Source: an uncultured Flavobacterium sp. (lineage in GTDB: Bacteria; Bacteroidota; Bacteroidia; B-17B0; Aurantibacillaceae). From it: a stretch of DNA of 64,000 bases. Below the pieces are notes generated by a model. That model did not search any database and was not told the origin of the DNA. It worked only from the letters and a program-made list of their open reading frames with translations. Positions 19,641 to 29,270 of the stretch are shown piece by piece (within the stretch, counting starts at the first letter, position 1; each line of letters begins with the position of its first letter). The DNA lies in contig CAZIPC010000002.1 of the NCBI GenBank assembly GCA_964541155.1, forward strand, positions 71,919 to 135,918. Reading direction: 5' to 3'. The position numbers and the translations under genes were made by a program.

Positions 19641-20861
19641 ATGTTTAATGTTATCAATATACGAAAAGACTTTCCAATACTTTCAAAACTTATTGGAACA
19701 AAGCCCTTAGTATACTTTGACAACGGAGCAACAGCTCAAAAACCTCAGATAGTTATTGATGCTATTACTCATTATTATTCAAGTCAAAATTCTAACATAC
19801 ATCGAGGTGTTCATACTTTAAGCAGAGAGATTACTATTGAATACGAAGAGGCTCGTAAAACAATTCAAAAACATCTTAATGCTAAAAACACTCATGAGAT
19901 TATTTTTACCAAAGGCACCACCGAATCTATTAATTTAATTGCACATAGTTTTGGTAAATTACAGATAAGTGAAGGCGACGAAGTTATTATTACTCAAATG
20001 GAACACCATAGCAATATTGTTCCTTGGCAAGTATTATGCGAAGAAAAAAAAGCGATTTTAAAATACATTCCTATTACTCAATCTGGAGAATTAATTTTAG
20101 AAGAACTTCCAAAATTAATTACTCATAAAACAAAACTAATTTCTTTTACTCATATTTCTAATTCGCTTGGAACAATTAATCCAGTAAAAAAAATAATTGA
20201 AACAATTCGTTCTCTTTGTAATGCGGCAATAGTAGTTGATGGAGCCCAGGCAGTTCCTCATTTACAACCAGATGTACAAGATTTAGATTGTGATTTTTAC
20301 GTATTTAGTGGGCACAAATTATTTGGGCCAACTGGCGTAGGTATACTATATTCCAAAGAAATATGGTTAGAGAAAATTAAACCATACCAAACTGGCGGAG
20401 GCACTATTAAAACGGTAACATTAGAAAAAACAGAATTTGCAGACTCCCCTTTAAAATTTGAAGCCGGCACTCCTCATATAGAAGGCGCTATTGGTTTAGC
20501 GGCTGCAATAAAATATATTACCAATATTGGTTTTAAAAGCATTGAAAAACACGAGGATGATTTATTACAATACGCAACCAAAGAATTAAATAAAATTGAG
20601 GGTTTAGTTATTTATGGAACATCTAAACATAAAACTTCTGTAATTTCATTTAATGTTGGAGATATACACCCTTTTGATATTGGAACATTACTAGATAAAT
20701 ATGGAGTAGCCATTCGTAGTGGACATCACTGCACGCAACCATTATGGCAATTCTACAATATTCCCGGAACCATTAGAGCTTCTTTTGCTTTTTATAACAC
20801 TTTTGAAGAAGTAGATATATTTATTACCGCTCTTAAAAAATCCATACAGCTTTTGCGCTAA
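19641..20861 (+). CDS. sufS: cysteine desulfurase SufS (class V aminotransferase, group II)
   Basis: PLP Lys context FSGHKLFGPTG, active-site loop RSGHHCTQP, 406 aa. Confidence 0.9.
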   Translation: MFNVINIRKDFPILSKLIGTKPLVYFDNGATAQKPQIVIDAITHYYSSQNSNIHRGVHTLSREITIEYEEARKTIQKHLNAKNTHEIIFTKGTTESINLIAHSFGKLQISEGDEVIITQMEHHSNIVPWQVLCEEKKAILKYIPITQSGELILEELPKLITHKTKLISFTHISNSLGTINPVKKIIETIRSLCNAAIVVDGAQAVPHLQPDVQDLDCDFYVFSGHKLFGPTGVGILYSKEIWLEKIKPYQTGGGTIKTVTLEKTEFADSPLKFEAGTPHIEGAIGLAAAIKYITNIGFKSIEKHEDDLLQYATKELNKIEGLVIYGTSKHKTSVISFNVGDIHPFDIGTLLDKYGVAIRSGHHCTQPLWQFYNIPGTIRASFAFYNTFEEVDIFITALKKSIQLLR

Positions 20862-20950
20862 TTGCTAATCCAGTTATCTTTTAAAAATTACCACATGCTA
20901 ATAATTAATTGCCAACTATTAAGTAGTAAAAATTAATTAGCGTAATTCTG

Positions 20951-20958
20951 TATATTTG
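20951..20958 (+). promoter_or_regulatory. -7 box TATATTTG upstream of the PstS-like gene
   Basis: TAnnTTTG match 21 nt upstream of ATG 20979. Confidence 0.4.
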
Positions 20959-20978
20959 ACAAACCGATTAATATAAAT

Positions 20979-21896
20979 ATGAAATCAATATTAATAGCCT
21001 TTATTTCTTCTTTATTTTTATTTGCATGTGGTATAAATGATGATAATCGAAAAAAAGATAGTCCTACTTCGGGGTCAATAAAATTATATTTTGATGAGGG
21101 ACTAACCCTTCATATGAACAACCAAATATTTACATTTAAATCTATCTATAAAAACTCAAACATTTTTTTACACTCATCAAATGAAAAAGAATGTATAGAG
21201 GCATTATATAATGACAGTTGTAAAATTATAGCCATTTCACGCCCTTTATCTAGCCAAGAACTACAGCAGTTTAACTTAAAAAACATTGTGCCCCAGTCCT
21301 CAGCCGTAGCAGGCAATGCTATTGCAATTATTGTAAACAAAAACTTTCCCGATTCTAGTATTTCTCTATCTCAATTAACCAATTTATTAAAAGGCAATGA
21401 TAGTAGTTTTGTAAAAGGCAAACACCTTGATGTTTTATTTGATAACGCAAATTCTGGTTGCACACGCCAACTTAAAGATTCTTTAATTCCCAATTCATCT
21501 TTTGGAAAAAACTGTAAAACTCGAAATAATACTCCAGATTTAATTGCCTCCATTTCATCTAACTCATTAGCTATTGGGATATGTGATTATGCATGGCTAA
21601 GCGACAAAGACGATAACACCACCAAACAATTTTTTAAAACCGTGAAACTATTAGCTGTATCAAAAAAAAACAACGATATAGCATACATGCCCGACCAGTC
21701 TAATATTGCAACAAATAGTTACCCTTTATGTAGAAATATATATATAATTAGACGATCCGCAGAATTTAGTTTAGGAAAAGGAATCCAAACTTTTATTGCA
21801 GGAGAAAAGGGACAACTCATGTTTTTAAAACAAGGATTGCCCCCTAACAGACAAGAAGAAAGAATAATTGAAATAGATATAAGCCCATTAAAATAA
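20979..21896 (+). CDS. PstS-like periplasmic binding protein family lipoprotein
   Basis: Lipobox LFLFAC. PBP-type pattern (IAISRPLSSQE, AIGICDYAW). This family usually accompanies the Bacteroidota exbB-exbD-exbD-tonB cluster. Confidence 0.5.
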   Translation: MKSILIAFISSLFLFACGINDDNRKKDSPTSGSIKLYFDEGLTLHMNNQIFTFKSIYKNSNIFLHSSNEKECIEALYNDSCKIIAISRPLSSQELQQFNLKNIVPQSSAVAGNAIAIIVNKNFPDSSISLSQLTNLLKGNDSSFVKGKHLDVLFDNANSGCTRQLKDSLIPNSSFGKNCKTRNNTPDLIASISSNSLAIGICDYAWLSDKDDNTTKQFFKTVKLLAVSKKNNDIAYMPDQSNIATNSYPLCRNIYIIRRSAEFSLGKGIQTFIAGEKGQLMFLKQGLPPNRQEERIIEIDISPLK

Positions 21897-22014
21897 AAAT
21901 ATGCTGTTTCAACATTAAAATATTGTTAATTTTAATGCCTTAATTTAATAGATAAGCTTTGAATCCTATACTTTAATTTTAAATACAGTACCTTTACATT
22001 CACAACTAATTATT

Positions 22015-23679
22015 ATGAAAACTAAACTAATTTTATTAAGCTTAGGAATAACAACATCAAGCGTTTTTTTTGGCCAAACATTGCAAGAAGCAATTACCAA
22101 ATCCGATAACGAACGCTACCAGGCAGCAGCTAGCGACTTTAGAGCCTTAATTGCAAAAGAAGCTAACAAAGGAGAAAACTATTTTTACTATGGCGAGAAC
22201 TTCTTTAAAAAAGGAGATTTAGATTCTGCAAACATATACTATAAAAAAGGTGCTGAGTTAAATGCCACTTATCCTTTAAATTATGTTGGAATAGGCAAAA
22301 TATTGTGGTATAAAGGAAATACTGCAGATGCAAAAACTCAATTTTATAAAGCAGCTACATTAGGTGCTAATAAAAATACAGAAGTAATGCGTAAAACTGC
22401 AGAAGCATACATTAATGCCGAAAACAAAAATTTAGACGAAGCTATTGTATTATTAAATGCAGCTATTAAACTAGATCCAAAAAATGCAGACAACTACTTA
22501 TTAATGGGTGATGCTTTATTAGAAAAAAATCCAACCGAGGGGGGGCCAGCTATTAAACAATATGATAAATTTTCTGAACTAAACACTAAATCTCCGAAAG
22601 GAATATTACGAGCAGGTAAATTATATCAACGCGGTAGAAACTATCAACTAGCATTAGATTTATATAAAAAAGCTGAAGGGATTGATGCCACATTCGCTCC
22701 TGCTTACAGAGAAAAAGCCGAACTATATCACTTAGCTGGACAAAAAGCAAATGCTGTAGAAAGTTATAAAAAATATTTAGAGTTAAATAATTCAGACGAA
22801 GCGCGCGAGCGTTATGCTGCTTTTGTATTCAATAATAAACAATATGCCGAAGCTATTTCTGAAATTGAAAAATTGCAAAATGCAGGAAATAAAAGTTTAT
22901 ATTTAGATAGGTATCTAGGCTATTCATACGCAGAATTAGGCAACAAAACAGATACTGCTGCGTATAAAAAAGGATTAATCGCAATAGATAAATTTTTCGA
23001 AAAATCAGCTACAGTTCCTAATTTTAAATATGTGGCTACTGATTATAAATATAAAGGTATTTTACTCTCTAAAACTGGCAAAGATAGCCTTGGGATTATT
23101 GAAATGGAAAAAGCAATTTCTTTAGATCCAAAATCTACTAATGAAATTCTTAGAACAATGGCTTCTAATTTAATTAAAAACAAAAAATATTCTAAAGCTA
23201 TTGAAACCTATGAGCGAATTATGGCGGGCGATTCAAAAAATTTAAACAATCAAGATTGGTATGAATTTGGCCGTGCCTATTATTATGACGGAGGTGTTAA
23301 ACAACGCGAAAAGAAAGACGCTGAAGCATTAAGTCAATTTATTAAAGCAGATACTTGTTTTTCTAAATTAACACAATTAAGTCCGGCCTACTCTATTGCC
23401 TATTTTTGGAGAGGGAAAGCAAATGTGCAACAAGATTTAAAAGACGAAAAAGGATTAGCAAAACCACATTACGAAAAAGCTGTATCCTTAGTTAAACCTG
23501 AAGAAAAAGCAAGCGTTAAATCTAATATTATTGAGGCTTATTTATACCTGGGTTCTCACTATGCGTTTTCAAAAGAAAAGGATTTAATAAAAGCCAAAGA
23601 ATTTTTTAATCTTGTAAAAGAACTAGACCCTTCAAACAAAGCAGCAACTGATTTCTTTAAAAGCCCTGCTGGAAAATAG
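22015..23679 (+). CDS. tetratricopeptide repeat (TPR) protein, secreted
   Basis: Signal peptide followed by many 34-aa TPR-like units (A..Y.KAL.L.P....A...LG). Confidence 0.7.
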   Translation: MKTKLILLSLGITTSSVFFGQTLQEAITKSDNERYQAAASDFRALIAKEANKGENYFYYGENFFKKGDLDSANIYYKKGAELNATYPLNYVGIGKILWYKGNTADAKTQFYKAATLGANKNTEVMRKTAEAYINAENKNLDEAIVLLNAAIKLDPKNADNYLLMGDALLEKNPTEGGPAIKQYDKFSELNTKSPKGILRAGKLYQRGRNYQLALDLYKKAEGIDATFAPAYREKAELYHLAGQKANAVESYKKYLELNNSDEARERYAAFVFNNKQYAEAISEIEKLQNAGNKSLYLDRYLGYSYAELGNKTDTAAYKKGLIAIDKFFEKSATVPNFKYVATDYKYKGILLSKTGKDSLGIIEMEKAISLDPKSTNEILRTMASNLIKNKKYSKAIETYERIMAGDSKNLNNQDWYEFGRAYYYDGGVKQREKKDAEALSQFIKADTCFSKLTQLSPAYSIAYFWRGKANVQQDLKDEKGLAKPHYEKAVSLVKPEEKASVKSNIIEAYLYLGSHYAFSKEKDLIKAKEFFNLVKELDPSNKAATDFFKSPAGK

Positions 23680-23693
23680 AACACTTCATACAA

Positions 23694-23730
23694 ACACAAA
23701 AAGGCTTCATAATGTGAAGCCTTTTTGTGT
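23694..23730. terminator. bidirectional rho-independent terminator
   Basis: Perfect 16-bp stem ACACAAAAAGGCTTCA / TGAAGCCTTTTTGTGT with a 5-nt loop, between convergent genes. Confidence 0.75.
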
Positions 23731-23749
23731 TATTTCCTTTATAATATAA

Positions 23750-23968
23750 TTACTCTTTAGTTCGATTTATTTTTATTGTGTTGTACATCCTAAAAGATCG
23801 ATAAATTGAGTATGCTAAAAACACTATACCTAAAATAATACGCTTATTCCCAAAAGCTCGTTCACTTAATAAATCTGTAAATAAAAACACCATCGCTCCG
23901 ATAAATGTAACTAATACCATTATTAAACTAAATGCTAAATTAATTAATTCTACTGGTGATTTTTTCAT
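23750..23968 (-). CDS. small two-TM membrane protein, hypothetical
   Basis: 72 aa with two hydrophobic helices. Only about 17 nt separate it from the hairpin downstream of tonB, so its status as a separate unit is uncertain. Confidence 0.4.
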   Translation of the reverse strand: MKKSPVELINLAFSLIMVLVTFIGAMVFLFTDLLSERAFGNKRIILGIVFLAYSIYRSFRMYNTIKINRTKE

Positions 23969-23984
23969 AGTTTACTTTAAAATA

Positions 23985-24015
23985 AAAATCCCTCTTGTGT
24001 AAGAAGAGGGATTTT
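23985..24015 (-). terminator. hairpin downstream of tonB (terminator or attenuator)
   Basis: 12-bp stem AAAATCCCTCTT / AAGAGGGATTTT with a 7-nt loop. On the minus strand it is followed by TTTTTATTTT. Confidence 0.55.
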
Positions 24016-24031
24016 AAATTATAAATTTTTA

Positions 24032-24829
24032 TTATCTTAATTGAAAGTTAATTGGTAAGTTAAAAAATACACTTACAGCTCTACCATTTTGTTTTCCTGG
24101 CTTCCAGTTTGGCATGGATTTAACAACACGTATTGCTTCTTTATCACATTCTCCACATCCTGGAACTCCTTTTAAAACCTGAACATCTGTAATGTTTCCA
24201 GTTCCATTAACAACGAATTTTAAAAAGCATTTTCCGCTTAATCCAGCCTCTATGGCAATTTGAGGATAATGCATATTGTTTTTAATATGCTCCATCATTT
24301 TTTGAGGGCCTCCCGGAAATTCTGGCATTTCTTCTACTACAGTAAAGATTTCTGCTTTTTCTTCAATAACTCCATTTCCATTTCCTTCTGGAACCACAAC
24401 AGCATCTCCATCTCCTTCTTGAGTAACAGTACTTACATTTGTTTCTGCTAGCTTCTCTTGTGGTGGTGGCGGATCTGTTTCAACTGCATCATCTTTAATA
24501 ACTGGAGGAACAAATTTCACCGTTTCCATTACTGGAGGTGGTGGCGGTGGTGGCGGTGGTGGCGGTTCATTTTTATCTGCTGGAGGGGGAGTTAAATCTA
24601 TAGTTGTCATATCTAAAACTGCCTCTTTTGCCGCTTCATCTCCTTTTAATCCTAAAACAAACTTGATACCCATTCCTAAAGCTAATGCACCAACCATGCA
24701 TGCTAAAATTAGAGTAACAGTCCAATTGTATCTACGACGTATTTGATACGCTCCGTAGTCTTGGTTGCGCCCCTCAAAAACAATATCGTTTCTGGAGTCG
24801 TCAACTACACTATTCCAATTTGCTGTCAT
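24032..24829 (-). CDS. tonB: energy transducer TonB
   Basis: N-terminal TM anchor, Pro-rich spacer (PPPADKNEPPPPPPPPPPPV), and a C-terminal TonB domain (YPQIAIEAGLSGKCFLKFVV). Confidence 0.85.
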   Translation of the reverse strand: MTANWNSVVDDSRNDIVFEGRNQDYGAYQIRRRYNWTVTLILACMVGALALGMGIKFVLGLKGDEAAKEAVLDMTTIDLTPPPADKNEPPPPPPPPPPPVMETVKFVPPVIKDDAVETDPPPPQEKLAETNVSTVTQEGDGDAVVVPEGNGNGVIEEKAEIFTVVEEMPEFPGGPQKMMEHIKNNMHYPQIAIEAGLSGKCFLKFVVNGTGNITDVQVLKGVPGCGECDKEAIRVVKSMPNWKPGKQNGRAVSVFFNLPINFQLR

Positions 24830-24831
24830 AT

Positions 24832-25473
24832 TTATTTAATTTTTTCTTGTAATAATGCGTATTCTGTAGCCATCATTTCAACTCCTAAAACTCGTTTTCC
24901 TACATTACAAATTTTTAATTCATCTAACATATCAATTGCGTTTCTATATGTCGCTTGATCATCTGTCTTAATTAACACTGTAATCGCTCTAGGATCTGCG
25001 GTAGCTTCAACAGCCATGCGTTTAAAAGTTGTGTCAGCCAACTGTTTGGTTTTATTTTTTTCAGTAAGGCTTTTTATTTCTTCTACTGCCCACTTATTTT
25101 GTTCCATCAATAAAGCATGTAATCCCTCAGAACTAAAATTTGTTTCTTTTAATTCTGTAGCTGGTTTACCATCTTTATTTCCGGCAACATTAAACTGTCC
25201 AACGTAATAAAAAATACGATCGTCTTTGGTTAATAAAAAAGTAACCCCGTTTTTAACTTCTGGTGGTGGTGGGCTACCTGGAGGTGGTTCTGCTGGTAAG
25301 CTTAACTCCATACTTTTTGGTTTACTAAAGGTTGATGTTAAAACGAAAAACGTTAATAACAAGAACGCTAAATCTACCATTGGAGTCATATCCACACGGG
25401 TACTCTGTTTCTTGGCGCGTTTTTTACCGCCTTTACCATGCCCGCCGCCGCCGCTTTCTGCTATTTCTGCCAT
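24832..25473 (-). CDS. exbD: biopolymer transporter ExbD/TolR
   Basis: The block DMTPMVDLAFLLLTFFVLTS is typical of ExbD. Confidence 0.85.
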   Translation of the reverse strand: MAEIAESGGGGHGKGGKKRAKKQSTRVDMTPMVDLAFLLLTFFVLTSTFSKPKSMELSLPAEPPPGSPPPPEVKNGVTFLLTKDDRIFYYVGQFNVAGNKDGKPATELKETNFSSEGLHALLMEQNKWAVEEIKSLTEKNKTKQLADTTFKRMAVEATADPRAITVLIKTDDQATYRNAIDMLDELKICNVGKRVLGVEMMATEYALLQEKIK

Positions 25474-25496
25474 GTTAAATTAGTTTTTAATTAATA

Positions 25497-26180
25497 TTAT
25501 TTCTTTGGTTCAGTTGCTGGAACTGACGACCCGCCTTCCATTGATGTAATCAAATTGAAGGTATAAATTTTCATATCTGTAAAAGTTTTAAATACATCTT
25601 TTACGTAAATATATTTTGCCTTCCCATCTGCTTTAATAGCATAACGAGGCTTTTCTCCTTTAAACTCTTGGCCTGTTTCTTCGGCTTTTTCTCTATTTCT
25701 GGTATAAATAACATTCAATTCTGTAGCAGAAATTTGAATCCAATCTCTTAATTGGTTATTTAATGAATCTAAGGGAACTCCTTTTTGAGGCTGAAACTTT
25801 AATCTCTCTGCTTCTGTAGCGTCAAGGTATCTTGGTAAATCTTTTATCTCAACGCCAAAACTAGACAAACCACCAAATTTTTTAATTTGATCGGCATTAA
25901 ATTTAACGCCATACTTTTCACTCATTTTAGCTAAAGTATTTGTTCTAGCTTCGCCATTTCCTACTCCAAAAAAAGCTCTACCGATATTATCAACCGTAAT
26001 TAATACAGTGTTTTCGGGTAAAGTTTTATCAGATACAGATGATGGTGGATCCACAATCACCGGTTCTGCCATTCGAAATGAAGCAGTTAACATAAAAAAT
26101 GTAACCAATAAAAACGCTAAATCCACCATGGGAGTCATATCTATACTCGGTGCATGTGCTGCTGGTTTTATTTTTGGCAT
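25497..26180 (-). CDS. exbD: biopolymer transporter ExbD/TolR (second copy)
   Basis: The block IDMTPMVDLAFLLVTFFMLTA, then a periplasmic domain. Confidence 0.8.
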   Translation of the reverse strand: MPKIKPAAHAPSIDMTPMVDLAFLLVTFFMLTASFRMAEPVIVDPPSSVSDKTLPENTVLITVDNIGRAFFGVGNGEARTNTLAKMSEKYGVKFNADQIKKFGGLSSFGVEIKDLPRYLDATEAERLKFQPQKGVPLDSLNNQLRDWIQISATELNVIYTRNREKAEETGQEFKGEKPRYAIKADGKAKYIYVKDVFKTFTDMKIYTFNLITSMEGGSSVPATEPKK

Positions 26181-26248
26181 GACTTCTTTTTTAGTTACTA
26201 TTAATAGATGAATTTTAGTTTAGCTTTATTATGCGAAAACTAAAAAAA

Positions 26249-27052
26249 TTATTTTCCTGAAGTTTGAAATTCTTGGATAATTGAAAACCCAGCTTCATCC
26301 ATTGCATAAGTAATTTGATCTACACGATTTGAGAAAAAGTTGTAGAAAATAATAGCTAATGCAGAAGATAGGATACCTACTAATGTATTTACTAAGGCCT
26401 CAGAAATACCTGTTGCTAAAGCTGCTGTATCAGGAGTTCCTGCTGCTGCTAACGCACCAAACGCACGAATCATCCCTACAACTGTTCCAATTAAACCAAC
26501 TAATGTACCAATAGATGCACATGTAGAAATAACACTTAAGTTTTTAGATAACATTGGTAATTCTAATGCAGTTGCTTCTTCTAATGCTTTAGAGATTGCC
26601 GCTACCTTTGATTCTTTGTCCATTGTATTATCATTTTGAACAAATTGATATTTTGCTAGTCCTTCACGAACAACGTTTCCTAAAGATCCTTTTTGTTTAT
26701 CGCATGCTTCAATAGCAGCATCAAAATCTTTAGCCGCAATTAATTCTTTAATATTAGCAACAAACTTATCTGTGTTTCCTGCACCATTTGCTTTTTGAAT
26801 TGTAATTAAACGTTCAAAGAAAAAACATAATACTGTAAAAAATACTCCTAATAAAATTGGCACTATAAATCCGCCTTTATACATAATTCCAAAGAAATTG
26901 TGTGGATGTCCTTTTTCTGGTCCCTCTGCATCAAAATTAGCAGCATCTCCTAGTACAAATTTATATACTACGATACCGATTACTAAACAGATAACGATGG
27001 CAATTGCTGATACGATTAATGGAAAACCGCCTGATGTTTTTTTGTTACTCAT
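26249..27052 (-). CDS. exbB: MotA/TolQ/ExbB proton channel protein
   Basis: Three TM helices. Conserved C-terminal block GTLVGLIGTVVGMIRAF ... ISEALVNTLVG. Confidence 0.9.
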   Translation of the reverse strand: MSNKKTSGGFPLIVSAIAIVICLVIGIVVYKFVLGDAANFDAEGPEKGHPHNFFGIMYKGGFIVPILLGVFFTVLCFFFERLITIQKANGAGNTDKFVANIKELIAAKDFDAAIEACDKQKGSLGNVVREGLAKYQFVQNDNTMDKESKVAAISKALEEATALELPMLSKNLSVISTCASIGTLVGLIGTVVGMIRAFGALAAAGTPDTAALATGISEALVNTLVGILSSALAIIFYNFFSNRVDQITYAMDEAGFSIIQEFQTSGK

Positions 27053-27095
27053 AATTGTTGTTTTTTTAGTTAGTTTCTAGTTTTTAGAATGACGC

Positions 27096-27103
27096 CAAAC
27101 ATA
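27096..27103 (-). promoter_or_regulatory. -7 box TATGTTTG (minus strand) upstream of exbB
   Basis: The plus strand reads CAAACATA. It lies 44 nt upstream of the exbB ATG. Confidence 0.4.
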
Positions 27104-27263
27104 ATAAAAAGGTTTTTAAATAACAATATTCTAATGCTATCTTTTTGTTAATGTTGAAGCTGGTTTATTTTGTTTTAAAGCGTTTTACTGTTGCAAATAT
27201 TAGAAGTTTTTAATAATTAATTTTTATAGGTTTGTAACTGGTTGATTTTAGGCAACAACTGGC

Positions 27264-27297
27264 AAAAAAATTAGCAATATGGCGTGCTAAATTTTTT
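27264..27297 (-). terminator. rho-independent terminator after the OmpA-like gene
   Basis: TTAGCA / TGCTAA stem with an 8-nt loop. The minus-strand transcript ends in 7 U. It starts 8 nt after stop codon 27305. Confidence 0.6.
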
Positions 27298-27304
27298 AGG
27301 CGAT

Positions 27305-29269
27305 TTACTTTATATAACTAATTGCTATGATCTGTATTTTTCTTTCGGCGGCGGCAAACGGACTATATATTGAGTTTTTAAGGTCTTTAACATCATCGCT
27401 TGCTTTACTAATTGGCAGTTCTCCAATATCTTCATTAAAAAATTCTATTTTCCCTTCTAATGAATTTGAATTATTAAAATACTTTGTAAAAACACCATTA
27501 TTATATTCTGTGAAATAATTTTTTAAACTGCTTATACGGCGTTTTGCTAAATTAATATTGTAATCAGTACTTGCCAAAGGGCTACAATAACCTTTCATAG
27601 TGATTTTAACTTTTTCTCCTCTTAGCAAAACCTGCTCTAATAGTATAGCAAACTTTTCTAAATCTTGCATTCCGGTCTCAACACTATCTTCAAAAAAATT
27701 TTCTATTCGATTTATGGCAATATCTTTTTGTTCTTTTTCTAATTTTTTTGAATACTCTGAAAGGTATTTTGGTTTTAATAAAAGGTACTCGTTATAAGCT
27801 TTTGAGTAATTTTTTTGTGTGGTAATAGCCTTTGTTTTTGGTTCAGGCTCATCGTTATGAAAATAAAGTGTTAAAGGCACTAATACTTTCATTTGATTAA
27901 TTAATAACTCTGTTGTATCTAATGGTTTAATCGGCTCTGTTAAAGGCTGAATCGGAAAACTATAAATATCGTTACAACAATTTGGTTTGTCTTCAAAAAA
28001 AGACCCAGCTCTGTTTGACGAAATATATGCTTTATTCTTCTGTGAATTAACCGAATAATAAACATCATTATAACTGCTATTAATTGGGAAGCCTATATTT
28101 TGTGGTGCTGTAAATCCATTATTTTTATATTCTGAGAAAAAAATATCAAAATTGCCTAATCCTTTGTGCCAAGTACTACTAAAATATAATGTGTTGTTTT
28201 CTTTTACAAACCAAGGGGTTATCTCGTCTTCTGTAGAATTAATGTTTTTTCCAGCATTTATAGGGTCTTCAAAACTACCGTCTGGTTTTATATAAGAAAA
28301 CCAAATATCCATAGCGCCTTCTCCTTTTTCTCTATCGCTAGAAAAAAACAAAACAGGCCTGTTGTTTATTTCAGAAAAACATGGTTGTGTTGTATTGCGT
28401 CCTTTTATATTAATTGGCTCTGAAAGTCTTTTAAATTCCATCCAATGTCCATTTATGAATTCTGCTGCATAAATTTCACATTGATATTGACTAGCGTTTA
28501 ATGTTCCGCAACGAGAAATAAATACTTTTGTGAAATCTGAATTAAAGCTTGTGTTTGCATTATGAATTCCTAATTTATTAAAAATAGAATCTAGCTCTTG
28601 TGCTTTTAAAAAGGTATTATCTTTGTTTATATTTTTTTTTGCTATATACAATTTATTAAAATTTATTCCTAGAGTGTCTTTCACTAACCCGTTTCGTAAA
28701 GACGAAAAATACAACACACTATCTGTCTCAAATGGAGCATACTCACTTACTTTACTATTTATGGCGCTATCTAGATGAAAAATAGTAATGTCTGTTTTGT
28801 TTTTTATTAATATTTGTGCCACATCGCACGCTTCAACTTCTTGTTTTGCTTTTAAAACAAATTTTTGAGTTATAAGATTTTTAGTATTGCGCTGTTTTTT
28901 ATAATATTTATCAAAGTATTTTTTTGCTTCTTTATATTTGCCTTCGTTTTTTAATAGTGTTGCAATATAAAATGGAACATCCTTGTGGTTTTTTCCATTA
29001 TCTTTTTTATATACTTTTAAATACCAATGTAATGCTAAAGCGTTATCATAATTTAAACGGCAGGCATCAGCATACATCAACTGATAATCTGCGTTAGACG
29101 AATCTATTAAAATAATTTGATTGTAATACTGTGCGGCAGACGAATAGTCTTTGTTTTCAATTGCTTGTGCTCCTTGTTTTAAAAACTGTTTTATTGATTG
29201 AGAGGGAGATGTTAAATGCATAACTACCAAAAAAACAAAAATTAAATTATGTATCCATGTTATTTTCAT
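27305..29269 (-). CDS. OmpA-family outer-membrane-associated protein with N-terminal TPR and TolB-like beta-propeller repeats
   Basis: C-terminal OmpA-like block (KGYCSPLASTDYNINLAKRRISSL), TPR region and PD40-like repeats. The likely start is MKITWIH at 29269 (signal peptide); the ORF track begins at 29308. Confidence 0.7.
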   Translation of the reverse strand: MKITWIHNLIFVFLVVMHLTSPSQSIKQFLKQGAQAIENKDYSSAAQYYNQIILIDSSNADYQLMYADACRLNYDNALALHWYLKVYKKDNGKNHKDVPFYIATLLKNEGKYKEAKKYFDKYYKKQRNTKNLITQKFVLKAKQEVEACDVAQILIKNKTDITIFHLDSAINSKVSEYAPFETDSVLYFSSLRNGLVKDTLGINFNKLYIAKKNINKDNTFLKAQELDSIFNKLGIHNANTSFNSDFTKVFISRCGTLNASQYQCEIYAAEFINGHWMEFKRLSEPINIKGRNTTQPCFSEINNRPVLFFSSDREKGEGAMDIWFSYIKPDGSFEDPINAGKNINSTEDEITPWFVKENNTLYFSSTWHKGLGNFDIFFSEYKNNGFTAPQNIGFPINSSYNDVYYSVNSQKNKAYISSNRAGSFFEDKPNCCNDIYSFPIQPLTEPIKPLDTTELLINQMKVLVPLTLYFHNDEPEPKTKAITTQKNYSKAYNEYLLLKPKYLSEYSKKLEKEQKDIAINRIENFFEDSVETGMQDLEKFAILLEQVLLRGEKVKITMKGYCSPLASTDYNINLAKRRISSLKNYFTEYNNGVFTKYFNNSNSLEGKIEFFNEDIGELPISKASDDVKDLKNSIYSPFAAAERKIQIIAISYIK

Positions 29270-29270
29270 A

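Noticed and set aside
24538-24567. Tandem 9-bp repeat (GGTGGTGGC)x3 plus GGT
   Set aside because: It is the coding sequence of the TonB poly-proline spacer. Slippage could vary the spacer length, but nothing in this single sequence indicates phase variation.
27260-27276. Sigma-54 promoter candidates (TGGCAC-N5-TTGC), prompted by rpoN in the window; the best look-alike is TGGCAAAAAAATTAGCA
   Set aside because: The GG-to-GC spacing is off by one, the -12 element is poor, and the site points away from the neighbouring minus-strand genes. It is better explained as part of the terminator hairpin at 27264-27297. Other TGGCA occurrences failed the -12 match.
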